Shown here one piece after another: positions 43,193 through 57,650 of a stretch of 64,000 nt of DNA. Numbering within the stretch: position 1 is the first letter of the stretch; each line of letters starts with the position of its first letter. The DNA is from Balamuthia mandrillaris. Taxonomy: Eukaryota. Both the position numbers and the translations under genes were made by a program. The notes under the pieces are model-generated. The model did no database searches. It had not been told where the DNA came from and worked only from the letters and a program-made list of their open reading frames with translations. The stretch is taken from the NCBI GenBank assembly GCA_031835245.2, contig JAVKOQ020000004.1, positions 62,001 through 126,000 of the forward strand, written 5' to 3'.

Positions 43193-44641
43193 TCACAAGG
43201 CATCGTGGTCAGTGGGACAACCATGCTTCTTGGCCCACCTTACCACTCTACGGTGAAAACCGACATGAGCACTCCAGTAGGTATGTGCATTCCAAGGACA
43301 ACCATTCTTCCTTGCCCACTTCAACAATTTTAAGTGTCCTTTGAGGGCTGCATAGGAGCAGGTTTTCTCGTCCCAGGGGCACCCTTTCGTGAAGCCACTT
43401 CAACACTTCCAATTGTCCCCCAAAGGCTGCTGCAGCGCACGTCTCCTCGTCCTGCCATGGGCATCCTTGTTTGATGGCCCACTTTAGCAGTGTAAGATGT
43501 CCTCTCTCGGCAGCTTTTGTAGCTGTTTCCTTGTCCCAAGGACATCCATTTTCCCTTGCCCATTGCAACATCTCAAGGTGTCCACAGAAGGCAGCGCCGC
43601 TACAGGTTCCTTCGCCCCAAGGACATCCGTGCTCTCTTGCCCATTGCAGTAGCTCAAAATTCCCTTGCTTTGCTGCGTTGGCGCAAGTCTTGGCGTCCCA
43701 TGGAAAGTCATGCTCTCTCGCCCATTTCAGCACCCCGAGGTGGCCCTTCCGGGCTGCTAGACTGCTGTGGCTGCATTTCCAAACGCAGTTCTCTTGAAGG
43801 AAGGCCCACTGAATAGCCTCCAGGTTGCCCACTTTAACCAGCGTTAGGCTAGTGTAAGGGTCCCAAGGACAACCATTCTCCCTGGCTCTCTCAACCACTT
43901 CAGCACATGCAGGTGGCCCCGCTGTGCCACATCGGTACAAAGAGTTGGTTCCCAAGGGCAGCCGTTCCCCATTGCCCACTTCAATGTTTCCAAATGCCCC
44001 TCCGTTGCAGCGAGCCGACAGACTTCCTCGTCCCAGGGGCACCCATGTTTCCTCGCCCATTTCAAAACTTCCAAATGCCCTCCCTCAGCGGCGTTCTGGC
44101 AGACCTCCTCGTACCAGGGGCACCCCTGCTTCCTCGCCCATTGCAGCACCTGAAGGTGTCCCTCTTTGGCAGCGCTGGCGGTGGTATCCGCGTCCCAAGG
44201 GCAGCCTTGCTCTCGCATCCATTGCAGGACGTCCAACTTGCCTTGAGAGGCTGCAATAGCGCAAGAAGACTCACCTAAGGAGAAGCCATTGAGCAAGGCC
44301 CATTGCAACAGGGGCAGCGTGGAACAGGCGGTGCTGGCGTGAAGCTTCTTTCTCTGGGGTCGCGAGACACAAAAGAGCCATCGACGGCAGGTCCTAGCGG
44401 CAATGGCCAACATGCCGTCGGGAAGCATCGCGAAGGTGTGGCACAGCAGCTCGGGGGGCAGCAGATCGGCCCATAAATTTGTGGAAGCCCGCGCGCTCCG
44501 TTTTTCGTGCAGGCGTGATGATCGACGCGGGAGCTCCTGTCTTGGTCTCTTGCTCCGGTTTGCCCGCTTGTCCGTTGGTCTTCCTCCTTCTCTTTCTTCG
44601 TCTGCTCCTCCGCGCCTCTTCTTCGATGGTCCTCCGCTCAT
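43193..44641 (-). pseudogene. F-box plus GCPW-ankyrin gene with two frameshifts (pseudogene or assembly error)
   Basis: MSGGPSKKRR... then LLPPELLCHTF...AARTCRRW, then GCPW repeats spread over three frames. Breaks near 43887 (KW-LR-E/ARENGCPW junction) and near 43385 (about 2 nt missing in HE-x-GCPW). Confidence 0.75.
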
Positions 44642-44940
44642 CTTTGCTACTCGATTTTGTTTTTTTGCAAAGCAGCGGGAGTCGAACCAGAGGAACACTG
44701 GGTATCCGTTATTTTTCAAACGCGCAATGGTTTGGTTTCGCAGTGGTCTATGTCGACATTGTCATTCTCCGCTGAAAGTAGCAAGGAAGAGCAAGGACAT
44801 ATTTTGCTGCCCGTTTATCCCTTGCCATTTCTATTCAAACAAATATTGATTTGTTGTCGACAAAAAGACAGGTAGAATATCGTGTCGACACAACACATTT
44901 TTTGCAGACAAATAAAAAAAAGAAGTTGAAAACGAGGAAG

Positions 44941-47900
44941 ATGAAGAGCGTGGTGCTCGCTGGCAATCGGAGCACACCGGCCCGCGCTTTGGTGCCTTCC
45001 CTTGCGCCGTGCAAACGGCACACCGCCTTGTTCAGTGTGCCTCATCAGGGTAGAAGACGTCCTTATGCTTCTTCATCTTCTTCCGCTTCTCCGAGCTTGC
45101 CCTCGCCCTCCTCTCCCGCTTCTTCACTGCTGTCCACGTTACGCTCTCGTTCTGCTGCTCTTTCTCTTCATCAGCAAACTACACAGCCACTTTCTTCACT
45201 GCGTTTCATCCGTGCTTGTCGCTACACTTCTTCATCTTCTTCTTCCTCTTCTTCTCCGAAGGACAGCCGCAGCCGCAGCCGCAGTCATGATAGCAATAAA
45301 AAGAAGCAAGAAGAAGCAACGGTGACCACCAACAAGGAACAAAAGGGGGAGGAGCCCTTTTACCAAGAGTTTCTCATCTCCTTGGCGAAGCTCTCCAAGG
45401 ACAGCCGGTTACGCAGAACGCTTGTGCGTTCACCCGTCCCTCCTTCTCTCCTGGAGGCACAACGAACGCGGCGACAACAGCAACAAAAACAGCAACGCGC
45501 AGCAGCGACGCCAACAACAAGAAGTTATCTGCCTTATTTTATGATCGTCAAGGAGGAAGGGGAGGAAGCACCTCGTGGCAAGAAAGAAAAGGACAAGTAC
45601 GCCAAGATACACCCTTTGGTGGACCGCCTGGTGGCGGCGGCGCGTCAGCTGCGACGGAACGACTGCATGGCAGCTCTTAAGGAGCTACAGCAACTCCGTT
45701 TCATGCCTGCCAATGACGCCAAGCTCAAGGAGGAGCTCTATGCGGACATCCTCGTCCTCTTTGTGAGGAGAGGCTGGGTCAAGGACGCTTTTGCTCTTTG
45801 GGACGCAATGCTGCAAGAAGAAGGAGAAGTTCTTCAAGGACGAGAAGGAGAAGGCGAAGGCGAAGCGAACGTTAAAGAACCGCTTCATGATGATGCAACA
45901 CTCGAACTAGAAACTGAAGGAATTGACGAAGGAAGTAACATTCTTCCAAAAGCAATAGCGTACAAAGTGTTGATGGGAGGATGCATCAGTGCCATAGATC
46001 CAGATGGCGCTGCACAGGTGTTACATAGGATCCAAAACGACAGAACGAAGAAAGGAGCGAAATACGCTGCTGCCTCTGGATTGGCGGACCCTCACACCGT
46101 TGAGCACATTCTTCGCAAAGGCTTCCTCGTGCCCTTCGTGCTGCGAGACCGGCTGGAGGAAGGTCTGGAGCTGCTGAAGAGGGAAGGCGGCCTTAAATGC
46201 CTGAACACGCCCCTCTTTAACAAGGCGATAATGCTTTGCATTGAGCATGGTGCGGTGGAGAAGGCGTTTGACCTGTACGAAGTAATGAAGAGAGAGGGTG
46301 TAGCTGCAGACCGAATGACTTACACCATGCTCCTTGGTGCCTGCGAAAACAAGCACCATCTGGACAGAGCATTCCTGCTGTTCGATGAGATGTGTTCGCT
46401 TCCTGCTCTTCTCCCTTCTCTCTCTGAGTTCAACGCCCTCATGCAGGCCTGCGTGTCCGCGAACGAACCTGAACGCGGCCTACAAGTGCTCCAACACATG
46501 CAGGATAGGGGCGTGACTCCCAACGAGCAAACGCTGATTCCCCTGATCTCCTGCTTCGCCGCCCAGCAAAGCACTGCCAACAGAGCCTTTGAACTTTTGC
46601 GCCTGGTGAGAGAAACCATCAACATTCCTCGTCACCTTTGCGACCAGCTGCTATACAACTGCAGTATTATTGGTGACTTGAACCGTGCCACGCAGCTGAT
46701 AGAGTTCATGGAGCAAATCGAGGCCTCCAGCGGTGAGGCTCTCCTCAACCAAGAGAATTATTGCATGTTGATAGACGCTTGCGTCAACGCTGGCCATGAG
46801 GAAAAGGCCTTTGACGTCCTCGCCCGTATGCGAGAGAGAGGAATTAAGCCCGAAGCCAAGGCTTTGCTTTCCATCGTGCAGAGTGCCAACAAGCTGCCCA
46901 CTCTTTACAAAGCCATCAACGCTATGCAAGAAATGGAGATTGAGCCTACGGCAGAGCTGATCAACTCTTTCATCCTCACTAGCGGCAGAATAGGTGAGAT
47001 AGGAATTGCGGAGGAGCTTTTCGCCAACCTACAAAAGGGAGAAATGGGAGCTGCCCTTTCATGCGATCAATTTAGTTACAACTGCCTTATAGGGGCGTAC
47101 GGCGCTGCAAAGGACATCACCGGAGCGCTTGGCGTGTGGAAGGAGAGAGTCACGAAGCATCCCACTGAGGTGGACTTACACACGTGCTCCGCCATAATCT
47201 ACGCCTGCGGAGAGGCTGGCCGGCCTTGGTTGGCCATGAGCATATTGAGGGAGATGCAAGCCCCTCCGCTCTGTCTCACGCCAACCGTGGATCAGTACAA
47301 CCTCCTACTAATAGCCTTGGTCAAAAGCCGCAAAGTCAAGGAAGCCTTCCAGGTGTTTGCTGCGATGAAACAAGAAGCGGGCATCAAACCCAACAGCATC
47401 ACTTTTCAAACGCTTATCTCCTCCTGCGGCAAGTTAGACACGGCTATCCAAACCGCTCCCTCGAGCACCTCCTTTTACTATCTCTGCAGGAGTTGCACCG
47501 ATCCCAAGCAAGGAATTGAGCTCCTCCGAATGATGCAAAAGGAAATAGCGCATGAGTCGTGGCAGCGGTACTGCCGACGTAGCATCACGCCTTATCTCGT
47601 CATCATGGACCTTTGCTTAAACAACGGACAACCTAAGTTGGTGGTGGAGGCGGCCAAGCTGATGCTGACGCAGGGCTTCTTCTGGGGAGGACCCGTGGTC
47701 TCTCGCCTAGGAGCAGCCTGTTCTATGGCAGATACACCCGAACAAATGGCGTTAGAGATCCTGAGTGCGCTGCGTGATGCCCCACCGGAGGCCAAACTAT
47801 TGCACACCTCCCGAATGGATGAGCTTGTGGCCCACTGTCAAAGCGCACAGGGCATTAAGGAAGCCCATGCTTTGGTTGCTGAAGCAGTCGCAGGAGCTCA

Positions 47901-49275
47901 ATCCCCGTCAGCGGATCCTTCTTCTATTGCTTCTACTTCTGATGATGATTCGACCTTCGTGATTCACAGGCCACGTAAGAGAGTGTCAGATGCTTTGGAT
48001 GTGCTGCAATTGATGGAGCAAGAAGGACAAAAGGCATATCCGGGCATCTTCAGCTCGTTGCTGGAGGTGTGTGCAGTCGCTAAAGACAGACGAACGGCAG
48101 AAGCCATTTGGGACATAATCCTCCACGGAGAGAACGCTTCATCACTTCTTCCTCCTGATTCTTCTTCGCTCTCCGCCTCTCCTCCCATTTCTTCTGATTA
48201 TTCGTCTCCTTCCTCCTCTACTTCCCTTCTTGATCAGCCAAACCGGAAATTAGAAGGAGATGAAGGAGACAAAGTGAAACACGTCCTTTCTACTCGCGGG
48301 CGTGAACAGCTCACACGACTGGCAAAACTCCGCGAGCCTGGTCTTGAACCGAGCATCGTACTCTTCAACAGCTATCTAGCCGTCTTGGCAAGTTACGGCG
48401 ATATCGACTTGGCCCTTCAACAGCTGGACCATTACTTACCCCAATTGAAGCTCTTTCCCAACTTTATAACCTACAACGTGCTTATCAACGCTTGCGCTAA
48501 GCGATGTCAGAACGTGGAACGCAAGGCTCGATATCTTCAAGCTCAAGAGCAGCTGAGCAAACATGAAGAAATAATGCTAGAAGAAGAAGAAGAAGAAGAC
48601 GACGATGACGATGACGACGAAGAAGAAGCAGAAGAAGAGAACCGCCAAAACTCGACGCACGACAGAGAACAGCATAGACAAGCAGTTGATAGTGACGCTG
48701 GCAAACGAGCCGTCAACACCGCCCTCGAGCTCATCCGTCGCATGCAGGAACCACAGGACCTCCCCTCCTCTCGCACCTGCTTCCGTCCCAACAACACCAC
48801 CCTAAGCTCCCTCATGGAGTGCTATGCCAGCCAGGGGATGTGGCAGGAGGCCCAAGGCCTGGTGGACGAGCTGCAAGCGGAAGGCGGCATCGCCCCCACC
48901 CGACACATGTTCTGCTCTCTCATGAACGCCTATCTCTTTGCAGGGAAGTACGACCAAGCCCTGAGAGTTCTCCGGGAGGACATGCCCAACGCCATGATCA
49001 AGCCCAATCACTATATATTCTGGCACCTCATCCGAGGGCTGGCGCGGGGCGGGCGCCTGGATGACAGCCTGCGGGTGATGCAGGAGGCCAAGGAGAAGTA
49101 CGGCCTCACCCCCAACCAGTTCATGTACAACGCCGTGATTGCGGCCTGCGTCCAGTGCGAGAGGCCTGACCTGGCGTGGCAGACGTTCGAGGAGCTGAGA
49201 GAGGCGGGCCTGAAGCAGCGGGAGGTCATGGCCAAGGATTTGGAGCACCTCAAGAAGGTAAACGCAAAAAAATAA
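44941..49275 (+). CDS. P-type pentatricopeptide repeat protein, probably mitochondrial, intronless
   Basis: R/S/A-rich, acid-free presequence. Many 35-aa PPR units (e.g. TYTMLLGAC...LDRAFLLFDEM, YNAVIAACVQCERPDLAWQTFEELREAGLK). No DYW or SMR domain seen. Confidence 0.92.
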   Translation: MKSVVLAGNRSTPARALVPSLAPCKRHTALFSVPHQGRRRPYASSSSSASPSLPSPSSPASSLLSTLRSRSAALSLHQQTTQPLSSLRFIRACRYTSSSSSSSSSPKDSRSRSRSHDSNKKKQEEATVTTNKEQKGEEPFYQEFLISLAKLSKDSRLRRTLVRSPVPPSLLEAQRTRRQQQQKQQRAAATPTTRSYLPYFMIVKEEGEEAPRGKKEKDKYAKIHPLVDRLVAAARQLRRNDCMAALKELQQLRFMPANDAKLKEELYADILVLFVRRGWVKDAFALWDAMLQEEGEVLQGREGEGEGEANVKEPLHDDATLELETEGIDEGSNILPKAIAYKVLMGGCISAIDPDGAAQVLHRIQNDRTKKGAKYAAASGLADPHTVEHILRKGFLVPFVLRDRLEEGLELLKREGGLKCLNTPLFNKAIMLCIEHGAVEKAFDLYEVMKREGVAADRMTYTMLLGACENKHHLDRAFLLFDEMCSLPALLPSLSEFNALMQACVSANEPERGLQVLQHMQDRGVTPNEQTLIPLISCFAAQQSTANRAFELLRLVRETINIPRHLCDQLLYNCSIIGDLNRATQLIEFMEQIEASSGEALLNQENYCMLIDACVNAGHEEKAFDVLARMRERGIKPEAKALLSIVQSANKLPTLYKAINAMQEMEIEPTAELINSFILTSGRIGEIGIAEELFANLQKGEMGAALSCDQFSYNCLIGAYGAAKDITGALGVWKERVTKHPTEVDLHTCSAIIYACGEAGRPWLAMSILREMQAPPLCLTPTVDQYNLLLIALVKSRKVKEAFQVFAAMKQEAGIKPNSITFQTLISSCGKLDTAIQTAPSSTSFYYLCRSCTDPKQGIELLRMMQKEIAHESWQRYCRRSITPYLVIMDLCLNNGQPKLVVEAAKLMLTQGFFWGGPVVSRLGAACSMADTPEQMALEILSALRDAPPEAKLLHTSRMDELVAHCQSAQGIKEAHALVAEAVAGAQSPSADPSSIASTSDDDSTFVIHRPRKRVSDALDVLQLMEQEGQKAYPGIFSSLLEVCAVAKDRRTAEAIWDIILHGENASSLLPPDSSSLSASPPISSDYSSPSSSTSLLDQPNRKLEGDEGDKVKHVLSTRGREQLTRLAKLREPGLEPSIVLFNSYLAVLASYGDIDLALQQLDHYLPQLKLFPNFITYNVLINACAKRCQNVERKARYLQAQEQLSKHEEIMLEEEEEEDDDDDDDEEEAEEENRQNSTHDREQHRQAVDSDAGKRAVNTALELIRRMQEPQDLPSSRTCFRPNNTTLSSLMECYASQGMWQEAQGLVDELQAEGGIAPTRHMFCSLMNAYLFAGKYDQALRVLREDMPNAMIKPNHYIFWHLIRGLARGGRLDDSLRVMQEAKEKYGLTPNQFMYNAVIAACVQCERPDLAWQTFEELREAGLKQREVMAKDLEHLKKVNAKK

Positions 49276-49586
49276 ATTGGTGTTGTTCATCTTTTTTTTT
49301 TTGTTGTGGAAAATATAGCGGAGAGCTCAGGGAATTATTGTCGACGTGAAAGATCTCTGCTGATCGAAGACTGCCTTTTTATGGTAAGTTTCAGCCACTG
49401 TTTTGATTTTTGATTGGTGGTTTGATACTTTCAGTTACAGATCAAAGCATTGCGCCGCTTTAATTATAACGCCGATCAGTTTCCGGCACCAGGTCGGAAA
49501 AGTTTGACGGGAAAAGAAAACACCTAAAGTAATGAAAAGGACGAAGAATAGATGTCTCATCCTCTGTGAAATGTTTGACCCCATGC

Positions 49587-49626
<40 letters not shown>

Positions 49627-49727
49627 AACAGACGGAATGGAAGAGAAGGTGAAATGAAAAAGTCTGTTTGGGCGTTTAAAACTTTTTGTTTACAGGAAAA
49701 GAACAGTACATAAATAATGCCGCTGCC

Positions 49728-49940
49728 CTAGAAGTAGCGAAAGGGTGTCAAGAAGCTGGCTGGAGAGCCGTCCTCGCCGTCCGTAGAGTCGCTAGAATTG
49801 CTACCGTCAGCGGTGCTGCTGCCGTCCTCGCCGTCCATGCTCTCGGAGCCCATGTCGGATTCAGAGTCCTGCCCCTTGGCGACGTTCACCATGAGAGTGC
49901 AGAGGCCGAAGATAAGGAATACAAGTACGGACAGCTTCAT
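49728..49940 (-). CDS. Small secreted acidic Ser/Asp/Gly-rich protein (70 aa)
   Basis: Clear signal peptide MKLSVLVFLIFGLCTLMVNVAKG, repeated DGEDGS, GC-rich third positions. Confidence 0.7.
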   Translation of the reverse strand: MKLSVLVFLIFGLCTLMVNVAKGQDSESDMGSESMDGEDGSSTADGSNSSDSTDGEDGSPASFLTPFRYF

Positions 49941-50324
49941 TGGTAACGTGTGCGTGAGTTTGTAACGTCGGTAGTTTTGCCGATATTGGTTGTGTGTAGT
50001 TTGTTTGGTGTGTGGAAAAGAAAAAAAGGTGGACCGATAGGGAGTAGGATAAAAGTGTTGGGGTTTTTAAGCGTGGAAGCACATGAGTGGTTGATATTAG
50101 CCTTTGTAGGCGAACCTGGTTGGCTGCGGTAGAAAGGAGTTACACTGACCAATGAAGGAGGGGGTGTGCGGTAATCAATCGACTCGATCTCCGCTATTAA
50201 TTGCGGGTTCTTTTTTCCTTTCTCCCGTTTAATCCATTTATCTCCTTTGTCCTTTCCTCGCGTGCAATTAAATCCACTTTCGTGTCGAGGCAATTCAATT
50301 TTACGTTTTCTATTTCCGTTGCTG

Positions 50325-50443
50325 GCAGGAATCGAACCGGGAAACACAAATCTCCGACAATTAAAAAAAAAGAATGGTCACATGCAGGAATCGAACACGA
50401 GGACTGCTAATCAATTTTTACGTGTCGCAAGCAGGAATCGAAC
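50325..50443 (-). repeat. Three copies of GTTCGATTCCTGC (Pol III B-box-like)
   Basis: GCAGGAATCGAAC on the + strand at 50325-50337, 50384-50396 and 50431-50443. Confidence 0.8.
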
Positions 50444-50649
50444 AGGGGGCAAACAGGGGCCGAAAGAACTATTTATTGTCGACCAGGAGCTGATGACGTA
50501 AAATAGAGTAAATCCGTGTCGACATGATTAATGACAAGTGGCGTTTTTTATCCTCCCTGTTTCGCTCTCTCCCGCACTACACTCACTCCAACACACCAAC
50601 GTAGCAAGAGAGAGAGAGAGAGGGAAGGAGAGGAGTGATTAGAAAAAAA

Positions 50650-53600
50650 ATGGAAGGGAGTAGCAGCGAGCAAGAGGGAGTGATGCAGCGCTTCTACCGC
50701 ACTCCGGGCCTGCACCCCTCCCAACAGGACGCCCTGCGCCGCAAGCTGTACGCCTCGTTCCACTCCTCCTCCTCCTCTTCCGCCACGGGCGCCAAGGAGG
50801 AGGGGAGGGAGCAGCTGCTTCTCCGCCTTGTGACGGAGCACTGCTACAACGTGCAGTGGTTGCCCGGTCGTGGCACGGGCGCCCCCAAGGAGCAATCCCT
50901 CCTCCGTTGGCTCCTCTGCGAGACCTTTGAGCCCCAAAATTTCTCCTCCGACGCCTCTTTCCTCCTTGACGTCGAGTCTTCCTCTTCCTCCTCCTCTTCT
51001 TTCAAGTACACTTTTGAGTTGGGTCCGCGTCTCAACTTTGCCACGGCGTGGTCCACCAACGCTCTCTCCATCTGTCGCGCCTGTGGCGTGGACTCCATCT
51101 ACCGAGTAGAGCGCTCTCGCCGCATCCATTTGGAGCTCAGCCGACCCTTTGAGAGCGAGGAGGCGCAAAAGCGGTTCCTCGACTCGATCCATGATCGCAT
51201 GACGGAGTGTGTTTATGAGGAGCCCATCCCTACTTTTCATGCTCATGTCGAACCGGAGGTTTGCTTCTTCTCTGCTTCTCTGCTTCTCTGCTTCTCTGCT
51301 TCTCTGCTTCTCTGCTTCTCTGCTTCTCTCTTTCTCACGCGCTTGCTCTCTCCCTCTCGTTCCTTTTCTTTTTTCTTTCTCAACGACAGAAATGGCATGA
51401 AGTGCCAGTGATGGAAGAGGGAAGAGCAGCTCTCGAGCGCATCAACACGGAAATGGGTTTGGCTTTCGATGACTGGGACTTGGACTACTATACATCCGTC
51501 TTTAAGGACCAACTGAAGCGCAATCCAACCACCGTCGAGTGCTTTGACATCAGCCAATCCAACAGCGAACATTCACGCCATTGGTTCTTCAAGGGCAGGT
51601 ACAGTGGTTCACTCTCTGCCTTCTCTGCCTTCTCTTCGCCCTCTCATTTTATTGCACAGACTGATTATATTCTTCACCGTAACATGCGAACTATCCACAA
51701 AAGGATGGTGATCGATGGAGAGGAAATAAAGGACTCTCTCTTTGACTTAGTCATGCAAACGCTCCACGCCAACAAGACCAACAGCGTCATCGCCTTCCGC
51801 GACAATTCGAGCGCCATTCGTGGCTATCCTGTCCGTGTGTTAACACCTTCAGCTCCTGGTAAACCCTCTGGAATGATCGTCAATGAAGCTGGTAAGCATT
51901 TTATGTTTCCACATCGTGTAGAAAGAATCATAGCAAGAAAGACAGAAACTAAAGTTTCATTTTACTCATCCACTACTCTCTGTTCCAAATCTAAACAGAC
52001 TACAACTTAACATTGACAGCCGAAACACACAACTTTCCAACGGGAGTGGCTCCCTTCCCAGGAGCCGAAACCGGCACGGGAGGTCGCATCCGTGATGGCC
52101 ACGCCACCGGTCGTGGCTCCTTGGTAGTTGCCGGTACCGTAGGCTATTCCGTTGGCAACTTGCACATTCCAGGTTATGACTTGCCTTGGGAGCAAGGAGA
52201 AAGCAAAACGTGGGCTTATTCGAAGAGGTTGGCCTCTCCTTTGCAGGTGGAGATAGAGGCCAGCAACGGAGCCAGTGACTATGGCAACAAGTTTGGAGAG
52301 CCCGTTATCACAGGCTTTACTCGTTCCTTTGGCATGCGCGTTCCTTGTGCCTCTTCTAACGAAGAACTGAGCTATGAAAGGAGAGAATACGTAAAACCGA
52401 TCATGTTTAGCGGAGGAATAGGACAAATGGACGCTGCTCACACCGAGAAAGGACGTCCGGAAGCGGGCATGACGGTGGTGAAGTTGGGCGGACCGGCCTA
52501 CCGCATCGGCGTGGGAGGAGGAGCTGCCTCCTCGATGGCTGTTCAGGGCACCAACACCGAGGAACTAGACTTTCAAGCTGTGCAAAGAGGCGATGCAGAG
52601 ATGGAGCAAAAGGTTAATCGCGTCATTCGTGCTTGTATAGAGCTTGGAGGAAAGAATCCTATTGTGAGCATTCACGATCAAGGAGCGGGAGGCAATGGAA
52701 ACGTCTTGAAGGAGATCGTGGAGCCAGCTGGAGCTGTGATAGAGCTCCGCAACATTCTTTTGGGGGATCAGACTTTGTCCGTGTTGGAGATTTGGGGAGC
52801 AGAGTACCAGGAAGCGGACGCTCTGCTGATTCGCAGCGAGGACGAACCCCTCTTCGCCTCTATATGCCGAAGAGAGGGTGCTCCCTTCGCCTTTGTGGGC
52901 ACCGTCACCGGAGATGGCAGAGTGAGGCTGCATGATGCAAAGGATGACTCTAATCCGTTCGACCTCGACTTAGACCTGGTTTTGGCGAAGATGCCGAGAA
53001 AGGTTTTCAAGAGCGAACGTGCTAAAGCCCCGAGGTTACCTCTTTCACTTGGAAAAGTGGATCCTTCGTTGAACTTTTCTGCCTCTTCCTCTGCTTCTCT
53101 GATGTCAGTTTTGGAGAGAGTGCTGCGATTGTTGAATGTTGGTTCGAAGCGGTTTTTAACGAACAAGGTGGATAGGAGCGTGACCGGATTGATCGCGCAA
53201 CAGCAGTGCGTTGGACCTTTTCATACGCCTTTGGCAGATTATGCTCTCATTGCTCAAAGTCATTTCGGACTTACCGGTTTGCGTTCTCTCTTGTTGTGTC
53301 TCTCACTATCTCTCCTTAGCTCTTGCCTTTCTCTTTCGTCATTTCTCATTTATACTACTTCTGTTTCTTGATAGGCGGAGCAACATCGATCGGAGAACAG
53401 CCAATCAAAGGTCTGCTGGACCCGAGCGCCATGGCGCGAATGAGCGTTGGCGAGATGTTGACCAATATCGTGTGGGTCAAAGTCTCAGGATTGGATCACA
53501 TCAAGTGTTCTGGCAATTGGATGTGGGCTGCGAAGTTGCCCAACGAGGGTGCTGCTATTTACGACGCCTGTAAGGCTATGCGCGATGTTATGATTGAATT

Positions 53601-54907
53601 GGGTGTTTCTATTGATGGAGGTTCGGTCCTTTCTTCTTCCTCTTTCCTTATTATGTTTAGTGTTCTTATTATTATTTTAATCAGGCAAAGACAGTTTGAG
53701 CATGGCCGCGAAGGTTGGCGAAGAAACTGTGAAAGCACCTGGCACTCTGGTTGTCTCTGGATATTGTTCCTGTCCCGACATCACCAAACGCGTTACTCCC
53801 GATCTCAAATTCTCTACTTCTGGGTCTTCCGACGAAGAGGAGAAAGGCAGTTATTTGCTTTTCTTAGACTTGAGCAACGGCAAAAATAGGATTGGTGGCT
53901 CCGCTTTGGCTCAAGTCTACAACCAATTGGGAGACGACGTTCCTGATTTAGAGGACGTGACCTACTTTAAGAGCGCTTGGAACGCGGTTCAACAGTTGGT
54001 GGATAAGGGAATGATCCTTGCTGGCCACGATCGCAGCGACGGAGGTCTTCTCGTGACTCTCCTCGAAATGGCGTTCAGCGGCAACGTTGGTATTGAACTA
54101 CAATTTGACTTGGGAGAGAAGAACGAAGACGAAGAGAAAAGGTTGCTTTATCCTTTGTTTGCGGAAGAACTTGGACTTGTTCTGGAGGTGGACAAAGAGA
54201 AGATAGAACAAGTCTCCCACATGTTGACGCAACAAAACATTCGTTTCTTGACCGTGGGCCGCACTTTGAAGGACGAAAAAGTGGTCCGCTTGATGACGGA
54301 CGACGGAGAACAAGTTTTGTTGGAACAATCATTGCATCGGCTGAGAGACATTTGGGAGGAGACCAGTTTCCAGTTGGAGCGATTGCAAACCAATCCGGAA
54401 TGCGTGGAGTCGGAGCAACGCGTCCTTTCGCAACGTCCCGGACCAAAGTATCATCTTTCCTTCGACGGTGCTTTGCCTCTTGAAGACGATGACTTTTCTC
54501 CGTCGGCAGCGCAGAAGACGACAGATAGACCTAAAGTGGCTATTTTGAGAGAAGAAGGCAGCAATGGAGATAGAGAGATGGCGGCAGCGTTCCATCTTGC
54601 TGGATTCGAGACGTGGGATGTTAAGATGTCGGATATTATCGAAGAGAACGTTGACCTGAGTCAATTCCGTGGTATCGCTTTCGTTGGTGGCTTTAGGTAA
54701 CTTTTTTCTGCTTTGCTCCATTACCTTTTTTTTTCTCGCGACGCTGAACAACGATCGCAGTTATGCGGATGTGCTTGACTCTGGCAAAGGATGGGCTGGC
54801 GTTATCAAGTTCCACGACAAGGTTCTCCAGCAATTTAAACAATTCTACGAACGTCCTGATACCTTCAGTTTAGGTGCGTTCTTTTCTCTTCTTCTCTTGT
54901 CTCTTCT

Positions 54908-54940
<33 letters not shown>

Positions 54941-55538
54941 GCCACTGACAATCGAGACAACAGGAGTATGCAATGGATGCCAGTTGATGGCAATGTTGGG
55001 CTTAATCCCCTATCCCTCCACCTTCTTCTCCCAATCCAACACCACCGAACAGGAGCAGCAACCTCGTTTCATCACGAACAAGTCCGCCCGCTTCGAGTCT
55101 CGCTTCCCGACTGTGCGTATCCTGGACAGCCCTGCCATCATGCTCAAGGGCATGAGCGGCTCTTCCCTAGGCATTTGGAGCGCTCACGGCGAGGGTCGCG
55201 CCTTCTTCCCTCAACCCAAAGTTCTCGAGAGAGTGCTCGCCGAGAACCTGGCCCCCATCCGTTACGTCGACGATGAAGGAGAACCGACAGAGGTTTATCC
55301 TTTCAACCCTCCAGGCTCGCCGATGGGCATTGCTGCTTTGTGCTCACCCGATGGCCGCCATTTGGCGATGATGCCCCATCCCGAGCGAACCGTGTTGGAG
55401 TGGCAGTGGGCGTGGATGCCCAACGAGTGGCAACACCGAGAGAAGAAGGAGCAGAAAGGATCTCCGTTGCCTTCCCCGTGGTTGCGTATGTTCCAAAACG
55501 CTCGTGTTTGGTGTCAGGAAACTGCTTCTTCTTCTTAA
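50650..55538 (+). CDS. PFAS: Phosphoribosylformylglycinamidine synthase (large PurL, multi-exon)
   Basis: GPRLNFATAWSTN, HDRMTE, QSNSEHSRHWFFKG, AETHNFPT, GTGGRIRD, KPIMFSGG, SIHDQGAGG, FLTNKVDRSV, GHDRSDGG. Glutaminase GVCNGCQ and MMPHPER. Confidence 0.98.
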
Positions 55539-55630
55539 CAACTTTTTTCTTTCTTTCTTCGCACGCTATTTATTGAATCTTTCACTTTTTGTTGCAAGTT
55601 AAGTTTCTTTTTATGAAAAAAAAAATGATT

Positions 55631-57650
<2,020 letters not shown>

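Noticed and set aside
50325..50443. CRISPR-like repeat-spacer array
   Set aside because: Repeats only 13 bp, three copies, unequal spacers, no cas genes, eukaryotic context.
50300..50450. tRNA genes suggested by GTTCGATTCC
   Set aside because: No T-stem pairing, A-box or acceptor stem could be folded by eye.
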